Shown: piece after piece, positions 61,009-64,000 of the stretch
Layout: the number at the start of each line of letters is the position of its first letter
Numbering within the stretch: position 1 is the stretch's first letter
Source of the DNA: a virus
Strand: one strand, 5' to 3'
Length of the DNA: 64,000 bases
Virus record (IMG/VR): IMGVR_UViG_3300045988_166055
Span: 79,505 to 143,504 of that record
Position numbers and translations under genes: made by a program
The notes under the pieces: model-generated
Told to the model about the DNA's origin: nothing
Databases searched by the model: none
The model's input: only the letters and a program-made list of their open reading frames with translations

Positions 61009-61770
61009 ATGGGCTGGGAATACTACAACGGAAAACCACAATTCTATTCATATCCTAACTATGTATTCAATACTAGTGCAAGCAAAGTATATTTGAAAAA
61101 CGGAGTAGACTCCGGTACTGGGTCGCTTCATTATTGGTCATGGCAGACAGGTTCACTTTTCAAAGATAATGATATCGTTATAAAATATACAAACGATACA
61201 GAAGGCGCTATAAGATTAAAAAGTTACAGAATAAAGACAACAGCTTGTGATTCAGGTGGATTAAGCTACTGGGCTTGGGGAGGATTAGTTGAAACACCAT
61301 GTGTAGGATATGGAGGAACTTACTACACATATGTTAATGTAACAAATGACAACGGAAAGACATACGAAAGTTCATCTGTTGTGAATGTAAATGTTCCAAA
61401 TCTTTCAAAAACAAACATGAATTACAGAGGAAGCGATGCCACGCACAGTGCGTCATTTGGAAACCCTCCCCAATATCCTGAAGGTCAACCTGGTGGAATG
61501 ACAGGAAGAATATTTGAATTAACTGATTGCCCTGCAATTCAACCTGGCGGATATGCGTATGTTCATCTTGGAGTCGGTCATTTTAATGACCCTTCAACTG
61601 ACCCAATATCTACTGTTATACGATTCAAGATGGATCCAGGTGAAATGGAAGTAATTGCAGAGCCTGCAGAAAATCCTGTTATCTGGAGATTTGGCGAAGA
61701 CAAGGATTGGCATCTAGTTAAAACACTGTTTAAGATGACTTCGTCAGGCTGGGAGCAGATAGATAATTGA
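61009..61770 (+). CDS. hypothetical structural protein
   Basis: ATG 61009 follows AAGGAG. Confidence 0.45.
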   Translation: MGWEYYNGKPQFYSYPNYVFNTSASKVYLKNGVDSGTGSLHYWSWQTGSLFKDNDIVIKYTNDTEGAIRLKSYRIKTTACDSGGLSYWAWGGLVETPCVGYGGTYYTYVNVTNDNGKTYESSSVVNVNVPNLSKTNMNYRGSDATHSASFGNPPQYPEGQPGGMTGRIFELTDCPAIQPGGYAYVHLGVGHFNDPSTDPISTVIRFKMDPGEMEVIAEPAENPVIWRFGEDKDWHLVKTLFKMTSSGWEQIDN

Positions 61771-61779
61771 GGTGATCAA

Positions 61780-62190
61780 ATGAAAATAGAATGTAAATCT
61801 AATCAATCTTTGTCAGCTAATCAACAAGTAAATAGAGTAGGAAAATTTCTATATAAACATATTGATGGTGCTTTTAACTACAAAAAATCATCAAACATGT
61901 ATGATGTATACATGACAATTTTATATCAGCTTCCTGTTGAGAGCCAAGATAAGTCAAAAGGAGAAGAATTCAATGATCTTCACGAAATGACTCTTGATAT
62001 CAATGTAACAACATATCTGAATAAGGTTAGAATAAACATAATTGAAATGACTCCTGAAGAAAAAACAATAGGATACGATTTATACGAACCTGAGAAGCTT
62101 GAAGATTTAGTTAAGGCGAGCGAAATTATACTGAAAAAAATTCATAAAAGAATATCTAGAGAATTTAGAGAATACGAATTTCTATTTTGA
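61780..62190 (+). CDS. hypothetical protein
   Basis: 136 aa with a GAGGTG RBS. Confidence 0.5.
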   Translation: MKIECKSNQSLSANQQVNRVGKFLYKHIDGAFNYKKSSNMYDVYMTILYQLPVESQDKSKGEEFNDLHEMTLDINVTTYLNKVRINIIEMTPEEKTIGYDLYEPEKLEDLVKASEIILKKIHKRISREFREYEFLF

Positions 62191-62192
62191 TT

Positions 62193-62208
62193 GAATCGTT
62201 ATTGTAAT
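62193..62208 (+). promoter_or_regulatory. class-1 promoter-like box
   Basis: GAATCGTTATTGTAAT. Confidence 0.55.
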
Positions 62209-62225
62209 TGAAAGGATGGTGAGCA

Positions 62226-62717
62226 TTGAAGAAATTGATAAGACATGACGATTCAATTCTATGCATGGCTAACGTTAGAGGAAAAGACATAGCGAACCCA
62301 GGACCATTGAACTTTTCTTTCTATTTCTCATCCGGAGCTGGATACCCTCATGAAATTAGAGTAAAGCCCGTGTTTAACCCTGAAAAGCTTCTAAAGAGCA
62401 AAGTAGGTAACCTAAAATTATGTGACGATTGGGAGTATCTGCATGGCGTTGATGATGATCATGTAGATAACAAAGATATAAGAAAGATGATAGCCTTCTT
62501 CAAAAAGTACATTGTTCTTTTTTGCATGGTTTGGGATGAGCAGATGCAAGAAGTAACTTTGCAACATTACTTTGAAGGGCAAGCTGATTTCAACGAATTG
62601 CTTGAAGATATTGATTTTTATCCTAAATACAAAAATAAGATGAATAATATTCATGACGTAGAGGAACTTGAGACCTTCTGCAGAAAAAACAATCTGGTTA
62701 ATTTCTACGGAAACTAA
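62226..62717 (+). CDS. hypothetical protein (TTG start)
   Basis: 163 aa. RBS AAAGGATGG. Confidence 0.45.
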   Translation: MKKLIRHDDSILCMANVRGKDIANPGPLNFSFYFSSGAGYPHEIRVKPVFNPEKLLKSKVGNLKLCDDWEYLHGVDDDHVDNKDIRKMIAFFKKYIVLFCMVWDEQMQEVTLQHYFEGQADFNELLEDIDFYPKYKNKMNNIHDVEELETFCRKNNLVNFYGN

Positions 62718-62750
62718 AACAACATGGTCAACACTATGATGATATATAAT

Positions 62751-62803
62751 ACATGTGTTTTGTAAATTTCCTGAAACCCACATGTAAAACAAAAATAAAG
62801 GAG
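62751..62803 (+). promoter_or_regulatory. preQ1-I-riboswitch-like pseudoknot leader sequestering the yhhQ SD
   Basis: P1 pairs ACATGTG 62751-57 with CACATGT 62779-85. Loop TTCCT 62768-72 can pair with AGGAG 62799-803 (the SD). GAAACC lies just 5' of the P1 3' strand. An A-rich tail AAAACAAAAATAA lies between P1 and the SD. Confidence 0.4.
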
Positions 62804-62813
62804 AAATATACAT

Positions 62814-63563
62814 ATGAATAAACTAAAACAAATCATTGTGACAGAAGCAAAGGACTACAAAATCCTTCTAAGAAACGCTCCAACTGTTACAATGATTTTC
62901 TTTACTCTCAGCGTAGTTCTGATGAACATTTTTGCACAAAAAGAACTGCTAAATATTGAATACCTTGCTCTTGACTGTGGATTCCTTCTGTCTTGGATGA
63001 GTTTCCTTTGCATGGATATGCTTACAAAGAGATTCGGAGCAAGATCAGCTATCAAGCTTTCGTTGTTTGCAGTTTTCATGAATCTTATCTGTTCAGGAAT
63101 TTTCTTCATTGTTTCAAGAGTTGGAAACAATTGGAGCGTTTTCTACGATTTCAATGATAGTATGGCGAATGATGCAGTGAACGGAGTCTTTGGTGGAACA
63201 TGGTATGTACTAGTAGGATCAATGACTGCATTCATCGTCTCTGCTATTGTAAACGCTATTCTAAACGATGGAATTGGAAAGCTTATCAAAAAGAAGAATT
63301 TCTTTGAATATGCAATGAGATCATATGTTTCTACAGCTATCGGTCAATTTGTAGATAATTTTGTTTTTGCTACAATTGTTTCTAAAGTTTTCTTTGGATG
63401 GACATGGATTCAAGTTGTGTTTTGCTCGCTTGCAGGCGCAGCAGCTGAACTTCTTTCTGAGGTTGTATTCAGCCCTGTAGGATTCAAAGTTTGCAAGCGA
63501 TGGGAAAAAGAAGAAGTAGGAAAAGATTACATAGATTTTACTAAGGAGGCTGCTAAGACTTGA
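62814..63563 (+). CDS. yhhQ: queuosine-precursor (preQ0/preQ1) transporter, YhhQ/VUT family
   Basis: Polytopic membrane protein with ...YVSTAIGQFVDNFVFATIV... typical of DUF165/YhhQ. Confidence 0.7.
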   Translation: MNKLKQIIVTEAKDYKILLRNAPTVTMIFFTLSVVLMNIFAQKELLNIEYLALDCGFLLSWMSFLCMDMLTKRFGARSAIKLSLFAVFMNLICSGIFFIVSRVGNNWSVFYDFNDSMANDAVNGVFGGTWYVLVGSMTAFIVSAIVNAILNDGIGKLIKKKNFFEYAMRSYVSTAIGQFVDNFVFATIVSKVFFGWTWIQVVFCSLAGAAAELLSEVVFSPVGFKVCKRWEKEEVGKDYIDFTKEAAKT

Positions 63564-64000
63564 TTGTAATTGTTACAGGTTCGTCTAATGGCATTGGTCG
63601 TGAAACAGCTAAGAAATTTCTTGACAATGGAGATATTGTTCACGGAATTGACATTAGTCCTGAATATGATAAGGAGTATCTACAAACTAAAGTAGGAAGA
63701 TATTTTCATCATGTAGCAGATGTAGGAAAGTTTGAACAGCTTCCTACCCTCTACGATCCATCTATTCTTATCAATAATGCAGGATGTCAGAACGGTCCTG
63801 ACGATATCAGAACAAATCTTATTGGTGTAATGAATTGCACAAAGAAGTATGCTCTGTCAAACAGAAAGATCAAATCTGTTGTAAACCTTGCATCAGTTTC
63901 TGCTCACAATGGTTGCGAATTTCCTGAATACACAGCGTCTAAAGGTGGAGTCCTATCTTATACTGTTTGGACAGCCAAACAAATTGCAAAGTATCAAGCA
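63560..64000 (+). CDS. short-chain dehydrogenase/reductase (3' end outside the window)
   Basis: TTG start 10 nt after TAAGGAGG. Motifs VTGSSNGIG (TGxxxGxG), NNAG, and YTASKGG (YxxxK). Confidence 0.7.
   Translation, partial: MIVIVTGSSNGIGRETAKKFLDNGDIVHGIDISPEYDKEYLQTKVGRYFHHVADVGKFEQLPTLYDPSILINNAGCQNGPDDIRTNLIGVMNCTKKYALSNRKIKSVVNLASVSAHNGCEFPEYTASKGGVLSYTVWTAKQIAKYQA

Noticed and set aside
1-64000. CRISPR array or mini-array
   Set aside because: I saw no regularly spaced direct repeats of 25-40 nt. The only repeated short elements are the promoter-like boxes and the post-tRNA box, and these are irregularly spaced.
1-64000. Stop-codon reassignment (suggested by the odd tRNAs)
   Set aside because: Long uninterrupted ORFs with recognisable full-length domains (ligA, glyA, thyX, helicases, capsid) are obtained with the standard code. 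None of the tRNAs has a clean CUA, UCA or UUA anticodon in a canonical loop.
1-64000. Lysogeny or integration module (integrase, repressor, att site next to tRNAs)
   Set aside because: No integrase, recombinase or CI-like gene was recognised in the window. The tRNA cluster looks like a phage tRNA island rather than an integration site.

Overview
This window is an AT-rich, densely coding segment of a large tailed dsDNA phage. All genes are on the + strand except one two-gene cassette. Several signals point to a Firmicutes/Clostridia-type host: strong AGGAGG ribosome-binding sites, RecU-like and SleB-like genes, a sporulation-type sigma factor, a dockerin module and Listeria-Bacteroides repeats.

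Gene order:
- 1-5461: baseplate module (gp25-like, baseplate J-like, gpI-like, and a dockerin-bearing protein).
- 5863-8647: T4 gp21-like prohead protease/scaffold and the major capsid protein.
- 8774-10588: a free-standing homing-endonuclease-like gene.
- 10.6-17.7 kb: small and virion proteins, including a likely programmed frameshift at about 13213.
- 17821-19822: two lysins.
- 20-37 kb: replication/recombination/nucleotide block. It holds an SNF2 helicase, RecU-like resolvase, holin, HD hydrolase, phage sigma factor, GIY-YIG endonuclease, methyltransferase-like protein, UvrD-like helicase, SbcC/gp46-like ATPase, S1-domain protein and serine hydroxymethyltransferase.
- 37.3-45.4 kb: an RNA island of about 8 kb with 15 canonical tRNAs, four non-canonical tRNA-like genes, and ORF-free structured spacers up to 1.03 kb.
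- 45855-48726: NAD-dependent ligase and ThyX.
- 48.8-61.8 kb: a large tail-fibre/adhesin block containing an inverted two-gene cassette.
- 62751-64000: a preQ1-riboswitch-like leader, a YhhQ-type queuosine-precursor transporter and a truncated SDR oxidoreductase.

Two conserved promoter-like box families (ATCGTTAT... and AACCTTRTAT...) punctuate the whole window. The most interesting candidates are:
- the large structured RNAs and aberrant tRNA-like genes in the tRNA island;
- the two-class promoter system together with the phage sigma factor;
- the frameshift-extended virion protein;
- the riboswitch-like element upstream of yhhQ.

All calls come from reading the sequence and the ORF track. 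No database search was run.
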